A model generated the notes under the pieces. The model ran no database searches and had not been told where the DNA came from. It saw nothing but the letters and a program-made list of their open reading frames with translations. Of a DNA stretch of 64,000 bases, positions 19,610 to 28,998 are shown one piece after another. Source of the DNA: an uncultured Candidatus Bathyarchaeia archaeon (GTDB lineage: Archaea > Thermoproteota > CALKCG01 > B24 > JAWCPE01); NCBI GenBank assembly GCA_964396445.1, contig CAYNFI010000005.1, positions 2,351-66,350 of the forward strand. The letters are read 5' to 3'. How positions within the stretch are numbered: position 1 is the first letter of the stretch; the number at the start of each line of letters is the position of its first letter. A program made the position numbers and the translations under genes.

Positions 19610-20548
19610 TTAACTCTTCAACGTGTCTACGAAATCATTAAGGAATTTTTCATAGTTTATCTGAACGCAGTGGGTTAGGTTCGGTGGACACCTGGGAACT
19701 CTGCGTAGATCTGCCTGGGTCTTTCCGAGAGTTATCCTGCCCTCAGTCTCCACATCAACGTATATACGTTCACACTCAGTTATCAGCTCTTCATCTAACG
19801 CTATTCCGACGGTCAGCGGATCGTGTAGATGACCTTCTTGCCCGTTTTTCCCACAGGATTCGGTGTAAAATCGCGCGATTCTTACAATGAACGCTCCAAT
19901 TCTTGGATTAGCATCTTCAATTGCTCTCAGATGACTGGGAGTCAAGATGTTCCGATGGTTCATGGTTACATCCAGACTGACGAGAGTTATAGGTAGACCG
20001 GAATTGAACACGGTCTTCGCAGCCTCGGGGTCAGCGTAAATGTTGTACTCCGATGCCATCGTGACGTTTCCAGGAACCCTGATGGCTCCTCCCATGATTA
20101 TCACCTTCCGTAAATGGGACCTGATACTCGGCTCCTTTAAGACGACCATAGCTAAATTTGTTAGAGGACCGAGTGTAACCAATTCAACATCTCCCTTGTT
20201 GGCCATGATACTGGAAATAATTTGGTCAGATGCGTGAACCGGCTCCGGTTTTAAGCTGGCTTCTGGTAAGTTTGTGTCTCCGAGGCCGTCTTTTCCATGG
20301 AATGCTTCAGCATGCATATGCTCTCTATAAAGGGGTTTCGTAGCGCCCTTCGCAACGGGGACTTTACCCCGTTCCACCATCTCCACAACGTTCAAAGCGT
20401 TCTTAGCCGCTTTATCAACCGTCACATTGCCCGCTACAGTAGTTATTCCTAGTAGCGTTGTGTGAGGTGACTTAAGCGCATATAGCATAGCTAACGCGTC
20501 ATCTATGCCAGGGTCACAGTCTAAAATTACCTTTGGCAAGGCTTTCAC
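19610..20548 (-). CDS. nucleoside hydrolase (inosine/uridine-preferring family)
   Basis: N-terminal DCDPGIDDALAM aspartate cluster, in a 312-aa ORF. Confidence 0.85.
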   Translation of the reverse strand: MKALPKVILDCDPGIDDALAMLYALKSPHTTLLGITTVAGNVTVDKAAKNALNVVEMVERGKVPVAKGATKPLYREHMHAEAFHGKDGLGDTNLPEASLKPEPVHASDQIISSIMANKGDVELVTLGPLTNLAMVVLKEPSIRSHLRKVIIMGGAIRVPGNVTMASEYNIYADPEAAKTVFNSGLPITLVSLDVTMNHRNILTPSHLRAIEDANPRIGAFIVRIARFYTESCGKNGQEGHLHDPLTVGIALDEELITECERIYVDVETEGRITLGKTQADLRRVPRCPPNLTHCVQINYEKFLNDFVDTLKS

Positions 20549-20597
20549 TCTAAACCCTGTTTTTCAGCGATTCGATCCGACCAGATTTCTGGAAAAG

Positions 20598-21476
20598 TTA
20601 ATCCTTGATGTGTACAAACTTGCTACCCACAACCACTACCTTATGCACTATGCGCTCATCCCCTTTCTGTTCACCCGTGACGATCTCAGGGACGGTGCTA
20701 GCTGAGATTTCTATATAGTTAGTTGCAACGCCTGCATTGAGCTTTCGACAGAGAATTTCCTGTACCTGGAAGACACCCGCAGAGTTTGTCATCTTAACAT
20801 TGATTTTAACGGGTTTCTCATCTCCCTCAGATATATTCACCTCACCTATAGAAAAGGCTGACACGGAGTGAATGTTGATGCTCTCCGGGTCATAAGGTAA
20901 CCTACTTCTACCCTTCGTTATATCAGTACCATCGGCAATCTTTAGAATGCTGGCCTCAAGTGTATATGATTGGATTTGTTCCATGTGCGTGGAGATGCAA
21001 TGGAGAATACTACCCCTGATCTGAGCCACTCTCATAGCGTCGTCGTATATCTTGGGTAGGAGTTTGTCGAGGATTGGGATCGCGAGTATCACGCTGTTCT
21101 CGTTATGTTTCTCCCTGTTAATCTGGTTACCTATATCATGTAACAAGGCAGATGCCAAAACTATTAAATACGCATCGTCTATGTCGCCGATACCATCGGA
21201 AACCGTGTCTACATCAACACCCCTTTTTACTAGGATATCAAGGATTTTAAGGGCGTTTGCTGCAACGACTTTTGCATGCGTGTCACCATGAGCATTATAA
21301 TGCATCTTAGCGACAGCGATATAATCTGACATCTCCCATAAACCGCGGATAAACGGGTCACCGTTTAACGTTTCCCACACTTTTTTAGCCTTTGAATATT
21401 GATCGATTATTTCCTCGATATATCTCTCAGCACGCGTCGTCAACTCCTCCTCCAACGGCGATATTTCCCTTTTCAT
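20598..21476 (-). CDS. HD-domain metal-dependent phosphohydrolase
   Basis: H...HD signature: HGDTHAKVV ... LLHDIGNQINREKHNENS ... ADGTDITKGR. Confidence 0.7.
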   Translation of the reverse strand: MKREISPLEEELTTRAERYIEEIIDQYSKAKKVWETLNGDPFIRGLWEMSDYIAVAKMHYNAHGDTHAKVVAANALKILDILVKRGVDVDTVSDGIGDIDDAYLIVLASALLHDIGNQINREKHNENSVILAIPILDKLLPKIYDDAMRVAQIRGSILHCISTHMEQIQSYTLEASILKIADGTDITKGRSRLPYDPESINIHSVSAFSIGEVNISEGDEKPVKINVKMTNSAGVFQVQEILCRKLNAGVATNYIEISASTVPEIVTGEQKGDERIVHKVVVVGSKFVHIKD

Positions 21477-21960
21477 TCAACCACCTCAAAATTGCTATGA
21501 TTTCAGGGGATTACCTCCCCCATTATCCTCCAACGTTCTAGGCTCGTAATCCTTCATCATATCGAGTATTTTGCTCATCTTATCCATTTGATACCAAGTA
21601 TAACAATACCTTTTTAAGGTAAAAAGATTGTGGGTTGATAGAAATTAAAAAGTTTCTAACCCTTTGTTTCATGATAGACATAATAGAAGACATCACATCA
21701 TATTCACCGAAGAACCATGATTAGCTTATATTCGGACAGTTTGGGGGGTAGGTTAAAAACCTAGGTTAAATTCCCGGAATTTTCTGAACACGTTAATCTT
21801 TTGGAAACTAAGTAGATTTATTTATGCACCTGTAGTATAACCAGGCTAAACTAGGTAAGAACCGAAAACATCCTCTGAAATTTCTATCTTTTTGTTCTAA
21901 ATTCCGAACAGCATGTTCTAATATCTAGTCTTAAGAATACCCTAGGGTTTAGATAGTAAC

Positions 21961-22614
21961 GTGATCGAATTGGGTTCACCAAGTAGAGTAAGAGAGTGGT
22001 TATTGAGATTTGTAGGATACTTAATTCCACTTGTTCAATCACTCCCACCTCTGGGTGTTTGGACAGGTTTAATGACCCTTCCGTTCGCTGCTTATCTGAT
22101 TATGGTGTTCACAAATCTTCCAGTAAGCCTTACAACAGCGTTATCTGAATTCTTTACACCCTTCCTCGTTATAGAGAAAGCATTTCTTATCATCGGCCTC
22201 ATAATTCTTGTTTACTCAATAGTCCACCTAAAGATGAAGAAAAAGGGAGGATTGGTCACCTCAGGTCCTTATAGGTTAGTTAGACATCCTCAGTACTTTG
22301 GGATAATTCTCTCAACCCTCGGTTTAACGAGTTGGAGTGTTTGGATCTTAAACAACACATTCGGTATCGGATTTCTAAATTCATCGCAGACTATAAGTGT
22401 GTGGTTCATCGAACTGTTAGCCTATATTATCCTAGCGTACATAGAAGAGCTATTTCTGTTAAAGAATTTTGGGGAAGCTTATGAAAACTACACACATAAG
22501 GTACCTTTCTTCGTACCCTTTTTCAAAACAAATCGGAAATTTTTAAATGTTTTACTTTCTATCTTTCTTCCATCCATTATTCTACTCATTCTACTCAACA
22601 TCCAGACTGTCTAG
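21961..22614 (+). CDS. isoprenylcysteine carboxyl / phospholipid methyltransferase (ICMT/PEMT) family membrane protein
   Basis: Polytopic 217-aa ORF with GLVTSGPYRLVRHPQYFGIILSTLG and the EE..L...FGE.Y..Y motif. Confidence 0.75.
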   Translation: MIELGSPSRVREWLLRFVGYLIPLVQSLPPLGVWTGLMTLPFAAYLIMVFTNLPVSLTTALSEFFTPFLVIEKAFLIIGLIILVYSIVHLKMKKKGGLVTSGPYRLVRHPQYFGIILSTLGLTSWSVWILNNTFGIGFLNSSQTISVWFIELLAYIILAYIEELFLLKNFGEAYENYTHKVPFFVPFFKTNRKFLNVLLSIFLPSIILLILLNIQTV

Positions 22615-22872
22615 GATTGAAGCCGTTCAATTATCACCCGTAGTCAATCTTGAAATGATCAATAGCATTTATAACCAGTGCATGCGCCTACTATGCATCA
22701 ATAACCACTGGTTGGTTTCGTTAAAAGGGAAAAGATGGCAAGCTCGGAGGCGAACTTAAAGGATCTATATCATCTACAAGGTTTATCCTCGGCACAACGC
22801 TTTTTTATTTGGTTCTGCGAATTGGCTAGTATACGCTGTTAGACATTAAGCCTCCCAGAGGCGTGCAGTGAA

Positions 22873-22983
22873 TGGTGCGGGGGGTGGGATTCGAACCCAC
22901 GTACCCCTTCGGGACGGGATCTTGAGCCCCGCGCATCTGGCCTATTACACGTGTATAGTTTGACCTGGCTCTGCTACCCCCGC
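22873..22983 (-). tRNA. tRNA-Leu(CAA) with an intron of about 22 nt in the D-arm (about 22936-22957); CCA encoded
   Basis: Reverse complement folds as follows: acceptor GCGGGGG/CCCCCGC; D-arm GCAG-AGCCAGGTCAAA-C[intron]TGC; anticodon arm CGGGG-CTCAAGA-TCCCG; long variable arm CCC-GAA-GGG; T-arm GTGGG-TTCGAAT-CCCAC; then A-CCA. Confidence 0.85.
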
Positions 22984-23243
22984 GCACCTTCAGAAAACAG
23001 ACTTCTCCTTTCTATTAATCTTTTCCAATCTGGAAAGCTAATAATACGTTAAAAACCTGACCAAGTCTTTATGCCTTAATATACCCTTTTACCCAACTTC
23101 CACGAGACACATATGCGGTAGGAAGTGGGGTATCATTCTCGCTCTGTGACAGCATGTATTCTTCAAAACCCGTTATTCCCGTTATTTAATGTGACAAACT
23201 GTTCTAAAAAGTAGATCTAAATAGGAAAGAGGCTTACCTATAT

Positions 23244-23993
23244 GTGTCCGTCATAGGTGTCAGCTTGATGACAGTGGAAGTACTTAAACCTGATGTGGTT
23301 CCTCCTTACCCTTCAACCTCGTTTCTCACATTCATCATCATAGGAGGTCTCATAGTACTCGGCATCCTCTTCGCGTTAGGTCTCCTTTTACTACTACGGA
23401 TTATATCGGTGTCACGGGTCACGGTGGGAGCGGTTACAGTAACCATCGCTTCAATGGTTCTTTTAAGCGGGTTATGGTGCGCCGCCTTATCTCCAACCCG
23501 GACAGAGTACAAATACGATACAGTGGTTAACTCAAACCCCCTCATAGGCAGTCAAGGGACTTGGGTGGCTTCCATTAACTTAGGGCAAGGCGACACCATG
23601 AGTGGAAGTATTGGAGCCGGTCAGCCGTTGCCCGGGCTCCTAGAGCCTCTGCCCGAGAAGGCGCCACCCATAGACCAAGAACTGAAAATCGTTACTATAC
23701 AAAGCTTCTTCAGCGTATCCATCAACGACCCTACCGGAGCAGTAGTCTGGTCAGTGGAGAATGTCACATACGCTACGTTCAACATTAAGGCTCCCAAGTC
23801 GGGAGTGTACACGTCGAAAATACACAACCCCCAGTCTTACAGATTAACGGTTTACATTACTGTCTCAAGAGTCAGTGAAACGGTATATCGCCCGTTACAG
23901 CCCCTAGGGGAGTGGCTGAGCCTCGTCTCACTCCCAGTCATAGGGTTGGGAGTATGGGCTGCACGTTACAAGCCTAAGCAAGAGGTTTCATAA
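23244..23993 (+). CDS. hypothetical membrane protein
   Basis: 249-aa ORF with two N-terminal TM helices, a beta-rich presumably extracellular middle part and a C-terminal TM helix. No recognisable motif. Confidence 0.5.
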   Translation: MSVIGVSLMTVEVLKPDVVPPYPSTSFLTFIIIGGLIVLGILFALGLLLLLRIISVSRVTVGAVTVTIASMVLLSGLWCAALSPTRTEYKYDTVVNSNPLIGSQGTWVASINLGQGDTMSGSIGAGQPLPGLLEPLPEKAPPIDQELKIVTIQSFFSVSINDPTGAVVWSVENVTYATFNIKAPKSGVYTSKIHNPQSYRLTVYITVSRVSETVYRPLQPLGEWLSLVSLPVIGLGVWAARYKPKQEVS

Positions 23994-24207
23994 TGCCTCT
24001 ACCCCGCAAACACTCCTCTTTAAATGAGCCTTCTGCCGAGAAAGAAGAACTTCAGAGAGTGCTTTTTTAGCAGTATAAAGCATTGTTTAAAAGTCATGGT
24101 GAAAAAAGACTTCATTTGCGATGGTACCACGGTTTCAAGTTTACATTCTGTTCAGAGCATTAGTTGTTTTTAATGGCCTATTGAAGAGAGCTCCCTGTGG
24201 GTTAAGA

Positions 24208-24906
24208 CTATGTGAGTGTTGAGGTCTCCACCTCACCCTCTACCTTTGTTTCAAAATCGTCGATTTTCGCAGCTATTTCACCGTCTGCTGTAATCTCCTT
24301 CCGCTCTCTGAGGAGTTGCCTTGCGAGGAGCCAGAACACGCTTGCCAAGGCTTTCCTGCCTTTGTTGTTAGCTGGTATTACAAGGTCTACTTTTGAGATG
24401 ATGTTGTCTGTGTCGCAGAGGGCTACCACGGGTATGCCTATGGCGGAGGCTTCTATAACCGCTTGCTCATCAGCCTTTGGGTCTGTTACCACGACGACTT
24501 TAGGCTCCATGTACGTTGGGAGAAGGGGGTTCGTGAATAACCCAGGCATAAACCTACCGATGAGGGGTGTTGTCCCCGCTACCTCGCAGAACTTCTGCAC
24601 CGGGGTCTTCCCGTAGAGCCGCGCTGAAACCACAACTACCTCCTTTGGGTTGAACTGGGCTAGGAAAACAGCCGCGGTTTTAATCTTCTCATTGATCTTT
24701 GACACATCGAGGATGAAAAGTCCATCTGGTCTAACCCTGTAAACGTAGGGTTCCATATCTGTTGTCTTAACCCTAGTCCCGATCTGTATGCCTGTGGCGA
24801 GGAGGCTTTCCAAGGGTAGAAGTAATCCCTCCTCCTTCACCTCAGCTTCCTTATGCTCCTCAACATCCGCAGCCTCCCCGGACTCTGTGGACTCAACTTT
24901 CTCCAT
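24208..24906 (-). CDS. rps2: 30S ribosomal protein uS2
   Basis: LLATGIQIGTRVKTTDMEPYVYRVRPDGLFILDV and VVVTDPKADEQAV..IGIPVVALCDTDN are uS2 hallmarks. The protein has acidic N- and C-terminal extensions. Confidence 0.9.
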   Translation of the reverse strand: MEKVESTESGEAADVEEHKEAEVKEEGLLLPLESLLATGIQIGTRVKTTDMEPYVYRVRPDGLFILDVSKINEKIKTAAVFLAQFNPKEVVVVSARLYGKTPVQKFCEVAGTTPLIGRFMPGLFTNPLLPTYMEPKVVVVTDPKADEQAVIEASAIGIPVVALCDTDNIISKVDLVIPANNKGRKALASVFWLLARQLLRERKEITADGEIAAKIDDFETKVEGEVETSTLT

Positions 24907-24921
24907 GTTTTCCCCTCACTG

Positions 24922-26175
24922 CTAGATCTTAAGCTGAGCCATTCCAGCTCTTGTCTTAAGATACTCTTCAACCCTGATGAACTCGTTAACCTTAGCCACC
25001 CTTTCGCCTCCGAGAACACCCAGCTTCACAAGGGGGCATTGGAAAGCTATGGCTAAGTGCGCTAGATGAACGTCCACCGTCTCCCCGGACCTATGGGAAA
25101 AAACTGGGACGTAACCGTTTGTCCTAGCCAGCTTTACGGCTTCGTAGGCATCTGTTACTGTACCAACTTGGTTGGGCTTTATGATTACCGCGTTGCCAGC
25201 CTTCAAACCGATGCCACGGGTTAATCTCGCCTTATTCGTGACGAAGAGGTCGTCTCCGCATATGAGGCATCTCCCAGCCTTCCGCGTTAATTCATGGAAC
25301 CCTTCAAAGTCCTCCTCCTGCAGCGCGTCTTCAACGTAGAAAAGCCTATGGGACTTAATCTTGTCTAGGATGTAGTCAACCTGTTCACCAGTATCCTTTG
25401 ACTGTCCATGCCTGTAAACGTATTTACCCTTCTTCTCATCCCAGAGGGATGAAGCGGCTACGTCGAGGCCGATGTTTACCTTCACACCGGTTTTTTCAGT
25501 AACCTTCTCAGCCGCTTTCGCAACGAATTCAAGGGCCTTCTCATTGTCTATAGCTGGAGCCCAAGCTCCCTCATCGCCTTTACCTCCGAAGAAGGGCACC
25601 CCCGCGTCTTCTAAGAGTCCGCGTAGTGTTCTATGCACGTTAACGTTAACCTCAGCCGCGGCTTTGAAGGATTCGGCTCCTAGGGGGCATACGAGGAACT
25701 CCTGGATATCCGGGCATCCAGTACCCGCGTGTTTACCGCCTCCGAGGACGTTACCGAGAGGGTATGGAAGCTCACTGACGAGGCATCCGGCTAAGTGTTG
25801 GAACAGTGGGAGTCCAAGGGATGCGGCTGCGGCTTCGGCGACGGCTAGGGATATAGCGTAGGCGGTGTTCCCGCCCAAGTTACTGAAGTTCTCCGTCCCA
25901 TCCAATTCCCTCAGCAGCCTGTCCATGTTCTCTTGCTCACTTGAATCTAATCCAATAAGCTCTGGGGCCACGTTTCCCCTAACCTTCTTTAAGGCTTCCT
26001 CTACGCTGCCCACAGGGTAAGCCAAGGCTTCGAAGCGTCCTTTACTGGCCCCTGAGGGAGCTGAGGCTACGCCGAAGCCTTCAACGGTGACAACCTCAAC
26101 CTCAACCGTTGGCTGTCCACGGCTGTCTAGGATAACTCTACAACGGACTTCCTCTATAGTGGTCGGTAGGCTCAT
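24922..26175 (-). CDS. eno: enolase (phosphopyruvate hydratase)
   Basis: ILDSRGQPTVEVEV, SAPSGASKG, GDDLFVTN, IKPNQVGT and SHRSGET motifs. Confidence 0.95.
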   Translation of the reverse strand: MSLPTTIEEVRCRVILDSRGQPTVEVEVVTVEGFGVASAPSGASKGRFEALAYPVGSVEEALKKVRGNVAPELIGLDSSEQENMDRLLRELDGTENFSNLGGNTAYAISLAVAEAAAASLGLPLFQHLAGCLVSELPYPLGNVLGGGKHAGTGCPDIQEFLVCPLGAESFKAAAEVNVNVHRTLRGLLEDAGVPFFGGKGDEGAWAPAIDNEKALEFVAKAAEKVTEKTGVKVNIGLDVAASSLWDEKKGKYVYRHGQSKDTGEQVDYILDKIKSHRLFYVEDALQEEDFEGFHELTRKAGRCLICGDDLFVTNKARLTRGIGLKAGNAVIIKPNQVGTVTDAYEAVKLARTNGYVPVFSHRSGETVDVHLAHLAIAFQCPLVKLGVLGGERVAKVNEFIRVEEYLKTRAGMAQLKI

Positions 26176-26195
26176 CTAATCCCTCCTGAAAACAT

Positions 26196-26420
26196 CTAAC
26201 CCCTCTCCCCCTTAACATTGTAGTACTTCAAAACCTCGTCGAAGATGTTAACATGCGATAGGAGCATAGACCGGCAGCAGTACCTTTTCACTCCGAGTTC
26301 GTTAAGGACCATGCCGGGGTCCTGTCCCTCCTTAACTCTCTTCGTAAACTCATCCCATTTATCGCCGATAACTGCTCCGCATGTGAAGCAGCGTACAGGG
26401 ACAACACCCAACCCAAGCAC
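26196..26420 (-). CDS. rpoN: DNA-directed RNA polymerase subunit N (Rpo10)
   Basis: [18 protein letters not shown] ... [12 protein letters not shown] zinc-bundle signature. Confidence 0.9.
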   Translation of the reverse strand: MLGLGVVPVRCFTCGAVIGDKWDEFTKRVKEGQDPGMVLNELGVKRYCCRSMLLSHVNIFDEVLKYYNVKGERG

Positions 26421-26472
26421 CTCGCATTTTAAGAATAATGCTTCCCCAGCGCTCCCAGGTTATCCATGTTCT

Positions 26473-26886
26473 TCACCTATAGCTTTTCTGTCTCCTCGTC
26501 CGCGCTCCTGGACCTCCGAATTTCTTAGCTTCCTTCATCCTCGGGTCGCCTGAAAGCATGGTTCTGTCATAGTCTCTTAAAGTCTTCTTAAGGGCTGGGC
26601 TTTTAGACCACTTGACTAATGCCCTAGCGATGGCTGTTTTAACGGCGTCAGCTTGACCCATGAAGCCGCCGCCCCGCACGCTCACGGCGATGTCAACCTT
26701 ATCCCTAACCTCCTTCCCAGCTGTGACGAGGGGCTCCATCATTACAAGCCTAGCCACCTCAGGTTGAATAAGCTCTAAGGGGATGTTGTTAATCCTCACG
26801 GCGCCAGTTCCATCGATGAGCCTAGCCCTCGCGACCGCCGTCTTCCTCTTACCACTTTCAAGTATCAGCCTCTTCTGTACGGGCAT
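26473..26886 (-). CDS. rps9: 30S ribosomal protein uS9
   Basis: GKRKTAVARA, GGGFMGQADA and a C-terminal ...RRQKSYR. Confidence 0.9.
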   Translation of the reverse strand: MPVQKRLILESGKRKTAVARARLIDGTGAVRINNIPLELIQPEVARLVMMEPLVTAGKEVRDKVDIAVSVRGGGFMGQADAVKTAIARALVKWSKSPALKKTLRDYDRTMLSGDPRMKEAKKFGGPGARTRRQKSYR

Positions 26887-27341
26887 TACGCGTTACCACC
26901 TGTTTTCCAATCGAGTTCCTTCATAACTTCGCCTACCGTAACTGAGCGTGTCCTAAGCTTCCCAGCGTTGGCTTCAGGGATGGATTTTAAAACAACATCT
27001 CGTAACTCTTCTGGAAAACCTGTGTAAACCCTTAACCTCCCGTAGGCTTCCTTGCCTTTAGGCTGCCTCCATGGAAGCATCCCCCGAATCGTTCTCTTAA
27101 CAACGGTGTCAGGTCTCTTCGGGTGAATCGGGCCCTTCCTATGGGAACCGACGCTTAGAAACTCCTTCCTGGATCCCACTACGAAGTCCTTCCTCCCCGA
27201 GATGACTGCCTGCTCCGCGTTAACTATGGTAACCTTCTCGCCTATCAAAAGTTTTTTCGCCACTATACTCGCCATTCTTCCAAGGATGAGGTTTGAGGCG
27301 TCTATGACCTGACTCTCCGGTTTAGCAACCATCTTCCTCAC
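26886..27341 (-). CDS. rpl13: 50S ribosomal protein uL13
   Basis: IDASNLILGRMASIVAKKLL.G..V.IVNAE and MLPW..PKG signatures. Its stop overlaps the uS9 start. Confidence 0.9.
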   Translation of the reverse strand: MRKMVAKPESQVIDASNLILGRMASIVAKKLLIGEKVTIVNAEQAVISGRKDFVVGSRKEFLSVGSHRKGPIHPKRPDTVVKRTIRGMLPWRQPKGKEAYGRLRVYTGFPEELRDVVLKSIPEANAGKLRTRSVTVGEVMKELDWKTGGNA

Positions 27342-27706
27342 CCGATGAGTTTAACCTTCAATCCCCTAGGGTTTTTCTCGACCAAAGTTGCGATGGATAT
27401 GCATTGTCCTCCAGAAGCCTCAATCCTCTTCTTAGCCTCCCTCGTAAACCCTAAGGCGGCGACGTTAACCTTATGGTCTAAAGCCCCAGCGCCGAGCACC
27501 TTCCCCGGGACGACGACGGTATCTCCTTTCTCTGTGTAGCGGTTGATCCTTGAGAGGTTAACCCTGGCCCTAGCCTTTTTAGGGGCTTCAAGCCTCTTAG
27601 CTACGTTTTTCCAAAGCCGGGAACGGCTTGTCTTAACGGTCTTCCCTAAAACCCTTAAAGTCTTAACCAGCACCGGGTTCTTCTTTCTCCGCTTCATATT
27701 CTCCAC
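27338..27706 (-). CDS. rpl18e: 50S ribosomal protein eL18 (L18e)
   Basis: NPVLVKTLRVL...RSRLWKNVAKRL..P.K.RA.VNLSRINR...VVVPGKVLG pattern, with a 4-nt overlap with uL13. Confidence 0.85.
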   Translation of the reverse strand: MENMKRRKKNPVLVKTLRVLGKTVKTSRSRLWKNVAKRLEAPKKARARVNLSRINRYTEKGDTVVVPGKVLGAGALDHKVNVAALGFTREAKKRIEASGGQCISIATLVEKNPRGLKVKLIG

Positions 27707-28517
27707 CAGCAGCTGTCTTTAGGCTGCTTATAAAAGTCTCAGCCTTTACCTCTAATATCTTCGTCGCCTCGGTTACAACCCTTCTATTAGGGAGCCCACC
27801 TACAGACTCTAGTTGAAAAATGAAGGAAGACTTGTCATAGGAGATTCCTATGGCGTCTATGGGACATGCTTTCTCACAGTCTCTACAGAGGTTGCATTCC
27901 AGTAGATTTACCACCTTCAACTCATTCCCTTCTAGGGAAAATACCTTCTTAGGGCAGGCTTCAACGCATTTCCCGCAGAGGTCGCATTTCTTCCGGCTTA
28001 TCTGTATCCGCGGCATGAACTTGTAGGCGCAGACGCTTACGGGTTGCCACTTCGCGTGAACCTGTCCGGTTCCCAGCCTCGCATAGGCTTCAAGCCTAAT
28101 CCTCTGCCCTGGCGCCAACTTCGTTACAAGAATTTTATCGCTTATAGGGTGAATCATGGGGTTTGAAGCGTCAGGGGTTAGATCCCCTGAATACACGTTT
28201 TTTAACTCCTCCTTAGCTTCAGCTTCCAGCGTTAAGGTAACCCTGCATTTCCCACATCCAAGCTCGCTTTGACACGTACATTCTTCAGGAAGCACGTACG
28301 TGTCCAGGTCTGTGACGAGGGGGATTAAGCCGAGTCTATGGGTTAAAACCTCGTCGTACATAGCCGAAGTATTCTCTATAATCACAACGTCGTCTATAAT
28401 CATCGTTGGGACTTCAGCGATCATGGTCCTCCTTAAGGCGTTCGCTAAGGGAACCGAGATGTCCTTAACTAAAAAGCTTAAAGTATTGGCGTCTTCGTTA
28501 AGGACTTTGATCTCCAA
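27663..28517 (-). CDS. rpoD: DNA-directed RNA polymerase subunit D (Rpo3) with ferredoxin-like Fe-S domain
   Basis: N-terminal LANALRRTMIAEVPTMIIDDV.I..NTS...DE.L.HRLGLIP, plus two CxxCxxC..CP motifs (CDLCGKCVEACP, CNLCRDCEKACP). Confidence 0.9.
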   Translation of the reverse strand: MEIKVLNEDANTLSFLVKDISVPLANALRRTMIAEVPTMIIDDVVIIENTSAMYDEVLTHRLGLIPLVTDLDTYVLPEECTCQSELGCGKCRVTLTLEAEAKEELKNVYSGDLTPDASNPMIHPISDKILVTKLAPGQRIRLEAYARLGTGQVHAKWQPVSVCAYKFMPRIQISRKKCDLCGKCVEACPKKVFSLEGNELKVVNLLECNLCRDCEKACPIDAIGISYDKSSFIFQLESVGGLPNRRVVTEATKILEVKAETFISSLKTAAGGEYEAEKEEPGAG

Positions 28518-28662
28518 GCCTTACCCTCTGATAGTTTGAACCAGCTTCCACGTGGCTATTAAACCTTTTCTCAAAGGGAAGCCAAACCGGGAAATTTTCA
28601 ACGATGCATATAGACCTCAATTGAAGCTTCCTGTACTGGTAGCTGGAGACTTGAGTGGTAAG

Positions 28663-28998
28663 TTAAGGTTTGCCTTCCATGAATTTTCTGCGAAGCCGCT
28701 TCACTGTACCTGAAACTCCGAGCACCTGCGGTATGACGGGTTTACCAGCCACTGTCCTCACAGCCGCTAAGGTTGAACGCATCTGCGGCATGAAGTCATG
28801 GTTACAGGTTAGGATGCCCTCGCCTTGGACGCTGTGAAACTCTAAAAGGCGTAAACCCGAACGGCTTAACCCATACTCCCCATAGAGCTTCAGGAGCATT
28901 CCCTGAACCGTCTTTAGTAAATCCTCACCGCTGAAGCTGGTTTCACTTATGACTTGAATCGCGAGATACCTTCGCTTAGGATGCTTAGGTTTTATCAC
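28663..28998 (-). CDS. rnp2: RNase P protein component 2 (Pop5)
   Basis: 111-aa ORF. RYLAIQVISE...LLKLYGEYG...LLEF...GILTCNH pattern. It overlaps the upstream Rpp30 gene by 14 nt. Confidence 0.8.
   Translation of the reverse strand: MIKPKHPKRRYLAIQVISETSFSGEDLLKTVQGMLLKLYGEYGLSRSGLRLLEFHSVQGEGILTCNHDFMPQMRSTLAAVRTVAGKPVIPQVLGVSGTVKRLRRKFMEGKP

Noticed and set aside
21490-21585. 30-aa minus-strand mini-ORF (MDKMSKILDMMKDYEPRTLEDNGGGNPLKS) just upstream of the HD-domain gene
   Set aside because: It is too short to support and has no motif. It may simply be promoter or leader sequence.
22615-23243. Integrated element using tRNA-Leu as attachment site
   Set aside because: I could find no integrase, no phage or plasmid genes and no repeated copy of the tRNA 3' segment. 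Only a compositional impression remains, which is reported as a low-interest finding.
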